DNA of 53,860 bases, the filler included, from Squatina squatina (taxonomy: Eukaryota): NCBI GenBank assembly GCA_031763465.1. It is 3 parts of 3 records of this genome, joined end to end, with 100 filler letters (N's around TTAATTAATTAA, not from the genome) between each part and the next. Parts side by side here need not be neighbours in the genome. Positions count along the whole stretch, not along the records: positions 34,688 to 53,860 come from JARFOE010000051.1; 2 more parts are not named here. One strand, 5' to 3'. Each line of letters starts with the position of its first letter. Position 1 is the first letter of the stretch. The notes below the pieces were generated by a model, which did no database searches, had not been told where the DNA came from, and worked only from the letters and a program-made list of their open reading frames with translations. Below are positions 39,493 to 51,830 of this stretch, one piece after another. The position numbers were made by a program, and so were the translations under genes.

Positions 39493-39833
39493 TAGGGTCG
39501 CCAACTCTGACTGGATGCATTCCTGGAGATTGTCACATGATCTCCTGCTCCACCCACCCTCCCACCATTGGTCACTTGACACGTCCGTCCTCACCGCGAC
39601 CGCCCCTGCCCATGCCCATTGGAGAGCGAACAGGTGCTTTGGTACCCCATTGGATGATGTTTGACTGTCAGCCAAACAGTCCCATCTCCAATATGCAACA
39701 AAAGAAAACGGTCAAAAATGATGAAAATAAAATACAATTCCCTGCTGGTTTTAATCGCTCGGGTGTTGCTTGCCAAGTCCATCTCTAATTCCTGGAGACT
39801 CCAGGGCAATCCTGGAGGGTTGGCAACCCCCTG
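39493..39833. mobile_element. hAT-type MITE, opposite orientation
   Basis: tagggtcgccaac ... gttggcaacccc; possible degenerate 8-bp TSD cccgacat/cccaacgt. Confidence 0.75.
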
Positions 39834-39843
39834 CCCAACGTAC

Positions 39844-40040
39844 CTGATTGTAGTCCTCCTCCAGCGGGCAGGTGGTGTGGTTCGGCAGCGAGGGGTCATG
39901 GCTGTTGACGACCTCGAGTGGAAACTGCGGGTACAAACTCTGCAAGTGGGAGACCGGCACATTCTGAAGTTGTGTAAACTGCCCGCCGTCAAAATGGTCG
40001 TAGCTCAGGCCATGGTGTTCAGAGCCGACCCAGTAATGAT
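39844..40040 (-). CDS. SPI/PU.1-family ETS transcription factor, transactivation-region exon (paralog uncertain)
   Basis: aattcag|(D)HYWVGSEHHGLSYDHFDGGQFTQLQNVPVSHLQSLYPQFPLEVVNSHDPSLPNHTTCPLEEDYNQ|gtacgt, 197 nt, phase 1-0. Resembles PU.1 exon 3 (DHYW...FTELQSV...QLQQLY). Confidence 0.8.
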
Positions 40041-40664
40041 CTGAATTCAGAGAAACAGTTTGTTAGTGGGGTTGGTTTTGTATTTCTGGAACCTTATTAC
40101 CCCTTTCAACTTTGCTCCCACTTCCGTCTCCTTGCTCGGAGCCGTCCGGCTGAGGAGGAGAAGCAGATGACCCCAAACATCTGGGTGCCAGTGGCGGGAC
40201 CCCCAAGATAGACCCTGTGCTGACTCTCACTTGGCATCAGCAAGGCAGCTGATAGCGGTCGGTAACTCAGTATCTCGGTTACAATACAAGTACAATTAGC
40301 CCAGGTCCCTGGCACGATGCAGAAAAGGACTCTTGCAACTTGAAGCAGAATTAACAGGTTACACTGATATGGTTTGATGAAGAGGGGCGGAAGAAGGCTC
40401 GCGTGGAGCATAAACACCGGTGTTGACCAGTTGGGCCAAGAGGCCAGTTTCTGTGCTGTAGACTCGATGTAACTCGATGTCGCCTGAGTTGAGGGCCAAC
40501 TGGATAAAATTAAATATCACCAGTTTTATCTCATATCGAAGTTGTTCATCAGGATACCTGGATGTGGTTGGAATAGGATTCCATTTTCTGGAGCTTTGAC
40601 TATCTTATGGGTACAGAACTTGGGATCCTTAGTGGTTGTAGACTTTGTTGTAGTTATTAGCAGG

Positions 40665-41188
40665 AACAGTAGCATAGTGCTTATGTTACTGGTCTAGTAA
40701 TCCAGAGGCCTTGACTAATGATCCCACCAATCCCACCGTGAGGCTGGGGACTTTAATATTCAGTTAATTAATCTGCAATAAAAAGCTCTTATCAGTAATG
40801 GGGACTATGAAAACAAATNNNNNNNNNNNNNNNNNNNNNNNNNNNNNNNNNNNNNNNNNNNNNNNNNNNNNNNNNNNNNNNNNNNNNNNNNNNNNNNNNN
40901 NNNNNNNNNNNNNNNNNNGGTTATTTAAATTCAATTAATTAAATTAATCTGGAATTAAAAAGGACCACCATGAACCTACCAAATTGTCATAAAAACCCAT
41001 CTGGTTCACTAATGGAGAAAATCAGCCATTCTTACCCAGTCTGGTCTATACATGACTCCAGACCCACAGCATTGTGGTTGACTCTTAACTGCCCTCTGAA
41101 AGACTACTTATTCAAGAAGGTGGCTCACCACCACCTGCTGAGGGGAAGTTAAGGATGGGCAATGATGCCGACGTCCCATGTATGAATG
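40665..41188 (+). mobile_element. tRNA-derived shark SINE pieces flanking a gap
   Basis: agcatagtgcttatgttactggtctagtaatccagagg head; tail tggttgactcttaactgccctctgaa...gatgggcaat. A reverse copy of the tail lies at 51838-51957. Confidence 0.6.
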
Positions 41189-42044
41189 TAAAACAGCAGA
41201 GTGGAGGCCAGGTGATCGTTTATAGAGATGGAGGGAGAGAAATCGCTCCTCAACTTTTAACATATTAACATTAGTCAGCTCAAGAGAAAGTCACCTGCAT
41301 GCCCTCTTGATTGAGCAATAGTATATGGTCTGGGTTCATAAAGAAATGAAAAATAATAAATATAAATGTATAAATAAAGTTGATCGGTTCTTATAAGTTT
41401 GTAGTCCATGTAGTAGGTTGGAATATTTCCCTTCACCTCTATTGGTTTTAAGAGTCGTAAGTGGAATTAGTTTGGGCACTCTCACCTCAGTTCCTAAAGG
41501 GTAAGAGCCCACAGAATCATGGAGATTTACAGCACAGAAGGAGGCCATTTGGCCCATCGTGTCCGTGCCAGCCGACAAACAGCTATCCAGCCTAATCCCA
41601 CTTTCCAGCACTTGATCCGTAGCCTTGTAGGTTACGCCATTTCAAGTGCATATCCAAGTACTTTTTCATGTGGNNNNNNNNNNNNNNNNNNNNNNNNNNN
41701 NNNNNNNNNNNNNNNNNNNNNNNNNNNNNNNNNNNNNNNNNNNNNNNNNNNNNNNNNNNNNNNNNNNNNNNNNTCGGAGAGCGGAGGCAGGAACGTCAAA
41801 ATATCAAAATGTTCATTCAGCTGGTTTTAGGGACATTCTTTCCCAGCAAAGAGAACTGAAGCCACATTTGAAATAATTGGTTTCTTATTTGGAGGTAAAG
41901 AAAGATTTGCATTTATATAGCAACTTTCACAACCTCGTGATTAATCTCCTGAAAACCCTGGGGAAAAATCACATGGGCATTTAAATAAATAGTAGTTTTG
42001 TTTCCACTTTCTTTGAACACATTTATTTAGTTATAATAATTTTG

Positions 42045-42390
42045 GAGATGGTCATGTTTCCCCTGGCTGGAGACTGTGGAACTAAGAGGCACAGTCTCAG
42101 GATAAGGGGTCGGCCATTTAGGACTGGGATGCGGAGGAAGTTCTTCACTCAAAGGATGGTGAATCTTTGGAATTCTCTACCCCGGAGGGCTGTGGAGGCT
42201 CAGTCATTGAGTATATTTAAGGCTGAGATCGATAGATTTTTGGACTCTGGGCGAATCAAGTGACATGGGGATCAGGCGGGAAAGTAGAGTTGAGGTCGGA
42301 GATCAACCATGATCTTGTTGAATGGCGGTGCAGGCGCGAGAGGCCTTACAGGCTACTCCTGTTCCTAATTCTTATGTCATGTTCTTATGT
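42045..42390 (+). mobile_element. CR1 LINE 3' end
   Basis: MFPLAG..HSLRIRGRPFRTGMRRKFFTQRMVNLWNSLP..AEIDRFL plus a ctcctgttcctaattcttatg tail. Confidence 0.9.
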
Positions 42391-43088
42391 AATGTCTCTC
42401 TTAAGCTAGCTGGTAAGACCTACACGAAAATAGCTCAGGGTGGCTACCCCTCAGACTTGCTGGGCTGTGACTGGGACCTTTTGTCAGGTCGGAAATGATG
42501 GAGCAGAATTCATGTCCTTCATCTTGGCCCAGTGGTGCACAGTGCCACTGTACTGGAACGCACTGCCTGAGAAGGTGGTGGAAACAGATTCAAAAGGGAA
42601 TTGGATGTATACTTGAAAGGAAAACATTCTCAGGGCTATGGGGAAAGGGCAGGGGAGTGGGACTAATTGGACAGCTCTTCCAAAGAGTCGGCACGGGCAC
42701 GATGGGCTGAATGGCCTCCTTCTGTGCGGTGTCATTCTATCATTCCCTGAATGCTCCTGCACAAGTAGAAAATGTTAGCAAATCAACGCATCGCAACCAG
42801 GAGTAATAAGTATTCATTTGCAAATTACATACATCAGAATAATTGCAAATCCTTATTCGAATACCAGCAGACCTCTCAATGTTCCTGACAGGTACACTGG
42901 GTAATGGTTGTAATACTTAGTTATTAACATGGCTGGTCACTACTCAAGTGTGGAAATAAAGTAAACTGTCATTACCTATCATTTCACGAGCTGACTTGCG
43001 TGTCTGGAGAAGGTGCTGAGGTGCAGACTACCAGGTTGATGCCCAGCTCTGGGGGTCCTACCAGGATAGGTTCCGACGAAGTTCTGCC

Positions 43089-43125
43089 AGTTCTGAAGAA
43101 GGGTCATCCACCTGAAACGTTAATT
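43089..43125 (+). ncRNA. Minimal type-I hammerhead ribozyme motif in a Penelope-associated repeat (repeat extends to ~43225)
   Basis: agtt-CTGAAGA-agg(gtcatcca)cct-GAAA-cgtt-aatt: CUGANGA and GAAA cores, stem II, palindromic aacgtt stem III, and stem I agtt/aatt. Confidence 0.65.
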
Positions 43126-45897
43126 CTCTTTCTCTCTCCACAGATGCTGCCTGACCTGCTGAGTATTTCCAGCATTCTTTGTTTTTATTTCAGATTCCAG
43201 CATCCACCAGTATCTTGCTTTTGTCGGTTCCAAGAGGTTGCCTTAAAGAAAACTCGGCTCATAGGGGACATGATTGAGATATTTAAAATGATGGGGGGAT
43301 GGGATTCAGTCCAGTTGGATAGGATTTTTGAGATGGGTAAGGATTGGAGGACGAGAGGACATGCATAATAATTGCATTTCCAAAGAGTTATTGTAAATAC
43401 TGGGAAATATTTCCTTTCACAAAGAATTGTCGCTCTCTGGACAGACTACTGAAACAGACAGTGGGTAAGGAATCACTTTAGTCCTTTCAAAGGTAATTTG
43501 GCAAGTCCTTGAGCAAAGAGAACACCTGGGAGTTTCCTCAGGACTTCTCCCACCCCACCACTGTAACTTCGGCAGATGATCAGAAGAAACCGCGTTCACA
43601 TGACTAGATGCTTTGTAACACTGATTGATGTTTTTATGAATTGCGTGCAGGGTGGAGCTGGAATAACTTAGTCGACGCAGTGCTTAACACATTTCTCTGT
43701 ATTGGGTAACAGATGCTCCAGCTCTGGACTAACACGATGTCGAGGCTGGGCCTATATACAACTTCACATCAAGTAGCCCGGAGATGACTCCAGCAGGGCT
43801 CCTGGCTCAGGTGAGCTCCAGGAGTCTCTGGAGGGAGAGAGCCGAAGAGAGGCGGGCTTACAGGAATCACCTGAATTTATACTCCACCCTCTGGAGTTGC
43901 CGTAGGTGTACCAAGCAAAGTCACAACCTGGTTCCTGATGCATTACATAAAGTCAAAACCCATTCCCAGTACATAACAGGGGGGAAAGCAAAACCAGAGG
44001 GGTTGCCTGCTCCTTGTCGCAACCCAAGTTGTAGTGGAAATGCGAGTGCATCGATACTCTGGCGCTAATCTTAACCTAATTCGACTGGCGGAAACGTGTG
44101 GTTGTTTTTTTTTACACCCCGCCCAATTTCACGCTCTGCTTAAGTCGACGCAGTGTACAATCCAGTGAGGACCCCCATGGTAAAGTGTGATAGTGTGATA
44201 CTCAAGGTCGAACTTCACGTGAAAAATGGTCAAGGTACCACAGGGCCATTGTCCACAGTGCGAGTTGCAGTCACCAGGATAGGAGGGGCAAGGGTGATGC
44301 AACAATAATAAATACANNNNNNNNNNNNNNNNNNNNNNNNNNNNNNNNNNNNNNNNNNNNNNNNNNNNNNNNNNNNNNNNNNNNNNNNNNNNNNNNNNNN
44401 NNNNNNNNNNNNNNNNGAGTGACATAACAAGACCCTCCTAGTGTCCCCTAAATGTACAATAATAATGAAATGTTGCCTGTTTCTTCATAAGTGGAGAACT
44501 AAGGAAGGGAGCTAATGAGGGGAGAGTTAGTTGGATGGGGACAGGGAGGAGATGAGGGAAGAAAAAGGGAACCAACGGCAGGGTTGGATGGCACTGGGCC
44601 GCGAAAATTTGCCTCCATACCAGGGAATAGCCCTGCGCCGATTTTTGTGGTGTGGGTGATAACGTGACAAAGGATAATTTGTCAGTTAAGGGTGTTGGCG
44701 GGACAGGGGTAATACTGAGTTACTTCTGGGCGAGGAGCTGGAAGAGACACCAGTTGCTTCTCAGCAGGTGGGGAACAATTTGCTTCCTCCTAGATGGGAT
44801 GTGGGGTGGTGGGGGGTTGGGTGAGTTATTGCTCATGAGGCAGGAATACACCAAAATTTGGGGGACAAAATTCAGCTTAGCAGGATGTGGGCATCTGTTC
44901 TTAGCGGAAAAGATAATGCCATATTTGTGCTCAGTAGTGGCCCAGATCAGTGAGGGTGGGAAGTTCACTTTGACCCCTCGAGTGGGGGTAAAGATGAGAT
45001 TTTCTTTGGTGGTAAGAGGAAGGTTATCGTTGTCCTCCGTATAGACAGGTCGGGTTTATTCTCAATTGGGTCGGGAGTTTAATAGCCAGATTTCTGTTTG
45101 GAATGGTGGCAGCATTTCTGTTCAGTGCAGGGAGGGTTTGTGTGCTGATTTCTGCTCCGTATTGGAACAGGGAAGGTTTGGTGCCAAAAATATGCACTTA
45201 GGGTTGGAGCGGGGGCAGGGGTGGGGTTACAATCATAGAATGATCCAGCACAGAAGGAGGCTATTTGGCCCATTGTGTCTGTGCTGGTGAAAAAGAACTC
45301 TCAACTTTCCATTGCGAATCGAGACTGTAATCAGACCACAGGTCAGGCTATAGACAAAATGATTAAACTGGAAGACGAAAGGTACTGAACACAAGAAGAG
45401 AAAATACAGACTTCACTGATCAGCACGACCCTTCCCCTGAAAAACTCAGCATAAAACGAATACTTGAAATGTAGTTTCTTTATTGCTTGCACAGTTACTA
45501 CCGGAGTTCTCTGACTGAACTTGGATCCCCTGATGTCTTCAGATTGACTCGTGAGCCAAGTACATAGTAAAATGTAAAACTACAACCTGTAACTCCAAGC
45601 TACAGAGCTGTCCACTTAACAGCTCCACAAAGAATCGTGGCCCTGCCCTGCTTAAGAAAACTGACTTGGGCCTTCAAACTGTCCAAATTAAACTTACTAC
45701 AACAAATTTTTTTAATCCCAAGGTGCTGGTCCCACAGGATCTTTTGAATTGAACAGCTTGACCCTTTCCTGGAAGCCCATTGATCTGACTTCAAACGCTT
45801 GCATCAATCCCTGATTTGTAGGAGACTAAGATTTATCCAGACAGCTATCGGGGAAGCCAGTGGCACCAAATACCCCTCGTGGCTCTCAGCATATCCC

Positions 45898-46128
45898 AGA
45901 ATTTCTTCGCTCAGAGGGTTGTGAGTCTTTGGAATTCTCTACCCCAGCGGGCTCTGGATGCTGAATCATTGAGCGCATTCAAGGCTGAGATCAACAGATT
46001 TTTGGATTCTAGGGGAATCGAGCGGGAAAGTGGAGTTGAGGTTGATGATCAGCTATTATCTTGTTGAATGGCGGAGCAGGCTTAAGGGGCAGAATGGCCG
46101 ACTCCTGCTCCTAATTCTTATGATCTTG
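45898..46128 (+). mobile_element. CR1 LINE 3' end
   Basis: NFFAQRVVSLWNSLPQ...FKAEINRFL plus the CR1 tail. Confidence 0.88.
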
Positions 46129-47346
46129 TTATCCTGTTAGTGTGAATTGTGAATCAAAATGTGGTTAAAATTGCACTTTTTAATTAGAATTCTTCTAATA
46201 CAGTAGTTCTCATCAATATTATTGTAATTAATGTGACACTAAAGATAATTAAATAGTACGTGATTTTTAAAATGTGTTTTAATAGAAAAGTTTAAGGTTG
46301 GGACCCTTAAATCGTATTTTTCTTTTAAGTTGGATAACTCCAGAGTCCCACTCCAGAGACTTGAGCACAAAAAAATCCAGGCTGACACTCCCAGTGCAGT
46401 GCTGAGGGAGCGCCACACTGTGGAGGAGCCATCTTTCAGATGAGATGTTAAACTGNNNNNNNNNNNNNNNNNNNNNNNNNNNNNNNNNNNNNNNNNNNNN
46501 NNNNNNNNNNNNNNNNNNNNNNNNNNNNNNNNNNNNNNNNNNNNNNNNNNNNNNNCAGCGATGGCCCCTTCTCCCTCCTGCAGAGTCGGCAGCTTGGCCC
46601 TCCCGTTTAATGGAAGGGAAGGGCCCTCTCTTCCCACCAGCATTACGTGTCCCTCTGTGTAGCACTGGAACATTTTTGGCCCTTTGTGCCCCAGTCCCGC
46701 TCTCCGAGAGGAAGTGGAGCCCGAGACCGCCAAATATAGCTCGTGGGACGGGACTTCTGCGCCTGGCGCGGCAGCTTCTGCATACAGCTGTTAGCCGAAT
46801 TTTCGGCCGTTAAATTCCCATTCTTGCATTATTTCCCACGTATGGAGTGCTGTGCCCTTATTCCAGCCAGTAGCGCTGGGAGTACCGTGAAGAGGAGAAG
46901 CAGAGTGTGTCCAGCCCACTGGCCTTTCCACTCGGGAGGAGGAGATTAAGGAAAGAGGCACAGAATGGGGCAAAGTTGGACTCCTTTTGCATTGCAATCA
47001 CCGTCTGTCGACATGAAGTTGGCAAAAGTGCAACCAACTGAACCAAGGTGACATGAGGCCAGATATCGTTGAACCCCTTTCAGTGAGACTAAATAAAACA
47101 GGATGTTAGATCCTTGCTGTTCAGTTACTGTTGGTGCAGATACAATTCAATGTAGCTCTGTGACATTGTTATAGTCAAACGCTGTGGAAATGATCAGAGT
47201 TTCTGTGAAAGTGGCCTGTCTGATCTGGAAACCTTCAGGAGTTGAAAGCCCAGGTTCAGAAAGAAAAATAATGCCATTGGCATATTTTTTCAGATTTCCA
47301 TAATGCTAATGACAACAAGAGATACATATTTAAAGTTGCATGCTGT

Positions 47347-47560
47347 AAGAACATAAGAAATAGGAGCAGGAGTAGGCCCTTTGGCCCATCGAGCCTGCTC
47401 CACCATTCAACAAGATTATTGCTGATCCTCTGCCTCAATGGCATTTTCCTGCCCCATATGACCTTGATGCCTTTAATAAGTTGAAATCTATCAATCTCGG
47501 TCTTGAATATCCTCAAGGACTGAGCCTCTACAGCCCTCTGGGGTAGACAATTCCAAAGAT
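47347..47560 (-). mobile_element. CR1 LINE 3' end
   Basis: Minus-strand LWNCLPQRAVEAQSLRIFKTEIDRF plus tail; another copy lies at 47970-48191 (-). Confidence 0.88.
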
Positions 47561-48757
47561 NNNNNNNNNNNNNNNNNNNNNNNNNNNNNNNNNNNNNNNN
47601 NNNNNNNNNNNNNNNNNNNNNNNNNNNNNNNNNNNNNNNNNNNNNNNNNNNNNNNNNNNNAACAATGTCCACTTTCCTTTCCTGCACCGTTGCCACTTTG
47701 GACACGGGGTCCGTGCCGCGATCGTTCAGCCTGGCACTCTGTTTGAGTGCTGGGCTGATCACACGGCACACCTCTACTCCCCGGTGGTCCAGGTAGGGCC
47801 CTTTTTATTATGCAGTGTATGCGGCTTAGGCCCTTCCCTTTAATTCAGGGAAGAGCCCCTCGTATGCAACAGCGCTACACGGCCCAGTGCGTAGAGCTGC
47901 TGAGCCGTCTGCCCTGTTCCCGAGCCGTGTGCCCCACTATCGCCCAAGAAAGTAAGTGGAGCGCTTGAAAAGAACATAAGAAATAGGAGCAGGAGTAGGC
48001 AATCTGGCCCATCGAGCCTGCTCCGCCACTCAGCAAGATCATGGCTGATCTTCTACCTCAATGCCAGTTTCCTGCACTATTCCCATATCCCTTGATGCCT
48101 TTAATATCTATAAATCTATCAATCTCTGTTTTGAATGGACCCAATGACTGAGACTCCACAGCTCTCTGGGACAGAGCATTCCAAATATTCANNNNNNNNN
48201 NNNNNNNNNNNNNNNNNNNNNNNNNNNNNNNNNNNNNNNNNNNNNNNNNNNNNNNNNNNNNNNNNNNNNNNNNNNNNNNNNNNNNNNNNNNNNNNNNNNN
48301 NNNNNNNNNNNNNNNNNNNNNNNNNNNNNNNNNNNNNNNNNNNNNNNNNNNNNNNNNNNNNNNNNNNNNNNNNNNNNNNNNNNNNNNNNNNNNNNNNNNN
48401 NNNNNNNNNNNNNNNNNNNNNNNNNNNNNNNNNNNNNNNNNNNNNNNNNNNNNNNNNNNNNNNNNNNNNNNNNNNNNNNNNNNNNNNNNNNNNNNNNNNN
48501 NNNNNNNNNNNNNNNNNNNNNNNNNNNNNNNNNNNNNNNNNNNNNNNNNNNNNNNNNNNNNNNNNNNNNNNNNNNNNAGGGCTGAATGGCCGACTCCTGC
48601 TCCTATCTTCTATGTTTCTATGTAACATGACCACCATGCTACCGTACCCTATTTATTGGTGACTATTTATGGCTGAGACAAAACAGGCACAGTGGTGGCA
48701 CATAAGGAGGTTGAATGTAAATGGGGTTGAAGAGAGTCTGCCTGGCTGAGTTTCTGA

Positions 48758-49009
<252 letters not shown>

Positions 49010-49234
49010 TAGGTCCTTTCCCCGTCCCACCTCCAGCGCGCAGAGCAACCTCTGATGTGACACTCACTCTGCCGTCCCCTCCCTGGATCAGACATTCCAA
49101 CTGTGCTTTGTTTTTGAGCAATCGTCCCGCGTTATTAAGGGATCTCAAGTATATTTTTGTATCGAACAGAATATATCAAAATAAATACAAATTGCATTTC
49201 CATTGCGCCTTTCAAGGTAGCATGAAGGTGCTGT

Positions 49235-49590
49235 AGAAATGCAATTTATATTTCAAAGCGCTTTCTAGCCAATTAAGTACTTTTTTGAAGTGTAGTCCCT
49301 GTTGTGATGTAGGAAACGCGGCAGCCAATTTGCGCACAGCAAGCTCCCACAAACATCTGGGAATAATGACCGGATAATCTTGTTTGAAGTGTTGATTGAG
49401 GGATAAATATAGGCCAAACACCAGAGAGAAATCCGCTGCTCTTCCTCAAAATAGTGGCGGTGGGATCTTTTACGTCCACCTGAGAGAGCAGGCGGGGCCT
49501 CGGTTCAGCGTCTCATCTGAAAGACGGCACCTCCGGCAGTGAGGCACTCCCTCAGTACAGGCACTGGGTGTGCCGGCCTGGATTATGTGC
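49235..49590 (-). mobile_element. DeuSINE (SacSINE1-like)
   Basis: Reverse complement of 6253-6535 plus further 5' sequence. Confidence 0.8.
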
Positions 49591-49620
49591 NNNNNNNNNN
49601 NNNNNNNNNNNNNNNNNNNN

Positions 49621-49840
49621 GGGAGGGAATTTCAGAGCTTAGGGTCTCGGCAGCTGAAGACACAACCTACAACGGTGGAGCGAATAAAATTGGATTCGAA
49701 AGAGGCCAGAATTGGAGGAGTGCAAATATCGCGGGGGGTTGTGGGGCTCGAGGAGGTTACAGAGGGAGCGGCTTAGGCCATGGAGGGATTTGAAAACCAG
49801 GATGAGAATTTTAAAATCGAGACGTTTAACCAGGAGCCAA
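49621..49840 (-). mobile_element. L2 LINE fragment
   Basis: Homologous to 10490-10720. Confidence 0.75.
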
Positions 49841-50299
49841 CTAAATAAAAAATCCTTCAGATTTAAGTTTTGCATCTATGTGGCTACCTGAAGTGACCTT
49901 TTACTTGTCTTAAAGGTTGCATGAGAGATTGAGATGTATAGGTAGGGGAATTATGAGTGAACTTGAAATGTACATGGTATTTTCATACGATCAAATATAG
50001 TTCAGAAGTGACCATTCTTTTTACCAATTCTAGATAAATGCATCTTGTCGCTTGGATTTGCAAAATCAAATGTTGCATTCGCTTACACTGTATTTTTAAT
50101 GTGGAGCTTTTGTTTCACTTGACCAGTGTTTGCACCTCCAATGTGAACATTTCCATAATTGGAGTCTTGTCCTGTTGCAAAGCATTTTCACATTGGACTG
50201 AAATAAAGTTCTCTATGTGCCAGAATCATACAAACTTTGTGTGTGATTTGCCTGGGAGCTTAGATAAGGTTTGTTGTGTCAATCATGGGAATGCAATAA

Positions 50300-50445
50300 G
50301 AAAGACTTGCATTTATACAGCGCCTTTCACAACCATCAGACGTCCCAAAGTGCTTTGCAGCCAATGAAGTACTTCTAAAGTGTAGTCACTGTTGTAATGT
50401 GGGAAACACAGCAGCCAATTTGCACACAGTAAACTCCCACAAACT
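50300..50445 (-). mobile_element. DeuSINE 3' part, truncated at the tandem array
   Basis: cttgcatttatacagcgcc...ctcccacaaac, then an abrupt switch in sequence. Confidence 0.78.
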
Positions 50446-50446
50446 G

Positions 50447-50652
50447 GCTGAGCACAGTGACAGGCTGCTGGTGAGTACTTTAAAAAGCGCGGGCTTTCCC
50501 TTGCAGAGACCGGAGGCTGAGAGCAGTGACAGAGGCTACTGGTAAGTAGCTTAAAAAGCGCGGGCTTTCCCTTGCAGAGACCGGAGGCTGAGAGCAGTGA
50601 CAGAGGCTACTGGTGAGTAGTTTAAAAAGCGCGGGCTTTCCCTTGCAGAGAC
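50447..50652 (+). repeat. 71-bp tandem repeat, about 3 copies
   Basis: taaaaagcgcgggctttcccttgcagagac recurs at 50481, 50552 and 50623. Confidence 0.95.
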
Positions 50653-50860
50653 TAGCCACTCTCACAGACAGTCGGCAACGTTTCAGAGCCACGTCACATT
50701 TCAAAAAGTGACGCGGGCAAGAGAAAGCAGCTGATTGGTGAGTAGCCCAGGTTTGTAATTNNNNNNNNNNNNNNNNNNNNNNNNNNNNNNNNNNNNNNNN
50801 NNNNNNNNNNNNNNNNNNNNNNNNNNNNNNNNNNNNNNNNNNNNNNNNNNNNNNNNNNNN

Positions 50861-51830
50861 CTTCCGACAAATCTCTGCAGCAAGCTTCAGAAAGTACAGG
50901 AGGGAATTGAAAAAGTTAATACAGGAGGCAAAGAGGTTACAAGAAAAGATTAGCAGGCAACAATTAAATTGAACCCTGAAACATTTTATAAATATATAGA
51001 CAAATCTTGACACATTGCAAGTTCCGGGTCTGTGCAGTGCAGCCCGAGATTGGAAACTTGTGAAGTCCCCCCGGGTGCATCGGAACATCGTATGCACCTG
51101 GGGGGATTTGCAATTTCAACCTCATAAAGTGTAAGCGGTTAGCTAGGGAAAAAGTTGGGCCTATTAAGGATCCAAAGGGAAATCTTCATCCAGAGGCAGA
51201 GGACATGGAAAAGTATTAAATGAGTAATTTGCATCTGTCTTCACAAAGGAAGCAGATGATATGAAGGTTACATTAAACGAGGAGAGGGAGGAATGGACTG
51301 GATCATAATAGATGGAAAACACGTACTAAAAGGATTAGCATTACTGAAAGTTGTTAAGTCACCTGGTCCGGATGGAATGCACCCAAGGTTTCTGAAGCAA
51401 ACAAAGGTAAAAATAGCAGATGCAGTTGTCCCACAATCTTTCGATTCTCATTGGATACAGGGGAAATGCTGGCTGAGTGGAGGGTTGCTAATGTTCCAGC
51501 ACTATTTAAGAAAGGGGAGGGGGAAGTTATTGGAAACCATTATCAGGGACAAAATAAACTTTCATTTAGAAAAGCATGGGTTAATCAAGGAGAGCCAGCA
51601 TGGATTTGTTAAAGGCAAATCCTGTCTGACTAAATTGATTGAATTCTTTGATGAGGCGACAGAGAAGGTTGATCAAGGTAGCACAGTAGATGTTGTACTN
51701 NNNNNNNNNTGACAAAGTGCCACACAGGAGGATTGTTAAGAAGATGGAAGCTCATGGAATTAAGGGGAAAGTGGAGTATGGGTATGTGACAGGAAGCGGA
51801 AATGGATGTTTTTCAGACTGGGAGGTTGTT
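50861..51830 (+). mobile_element. Decayed CR1 LINE ORF2 (RT region)
   Basis: KSPGPDGMHPRFLK...SQHGFVKGKSCLTKLIEFFD...VDVV...DKVPH, with frameshifts and deletions. Confidence 0.92.

Noticed and set aside
39661-40044. 127-aa plus-strand ORF
   Set aside because: It is the antisense shadow of the SPI-family exon plus the MITE.
43713-43810. Exon-like segment aacag|...cag|gtgagc
   Set aside because: It has stops in all three frames and no recognisable homology. It could be a non-coding or first exon, but this is unsupported.
44167-44310. Short open frames on both strands
   Set aside because: No splice support and no recognisable SPI or HHIPL similarity.
50447-50652. CRISPR-like array
   Set aside because: The units are head-to-tail with no unique spacers, there are no cas genes, and the context is vertebrate.
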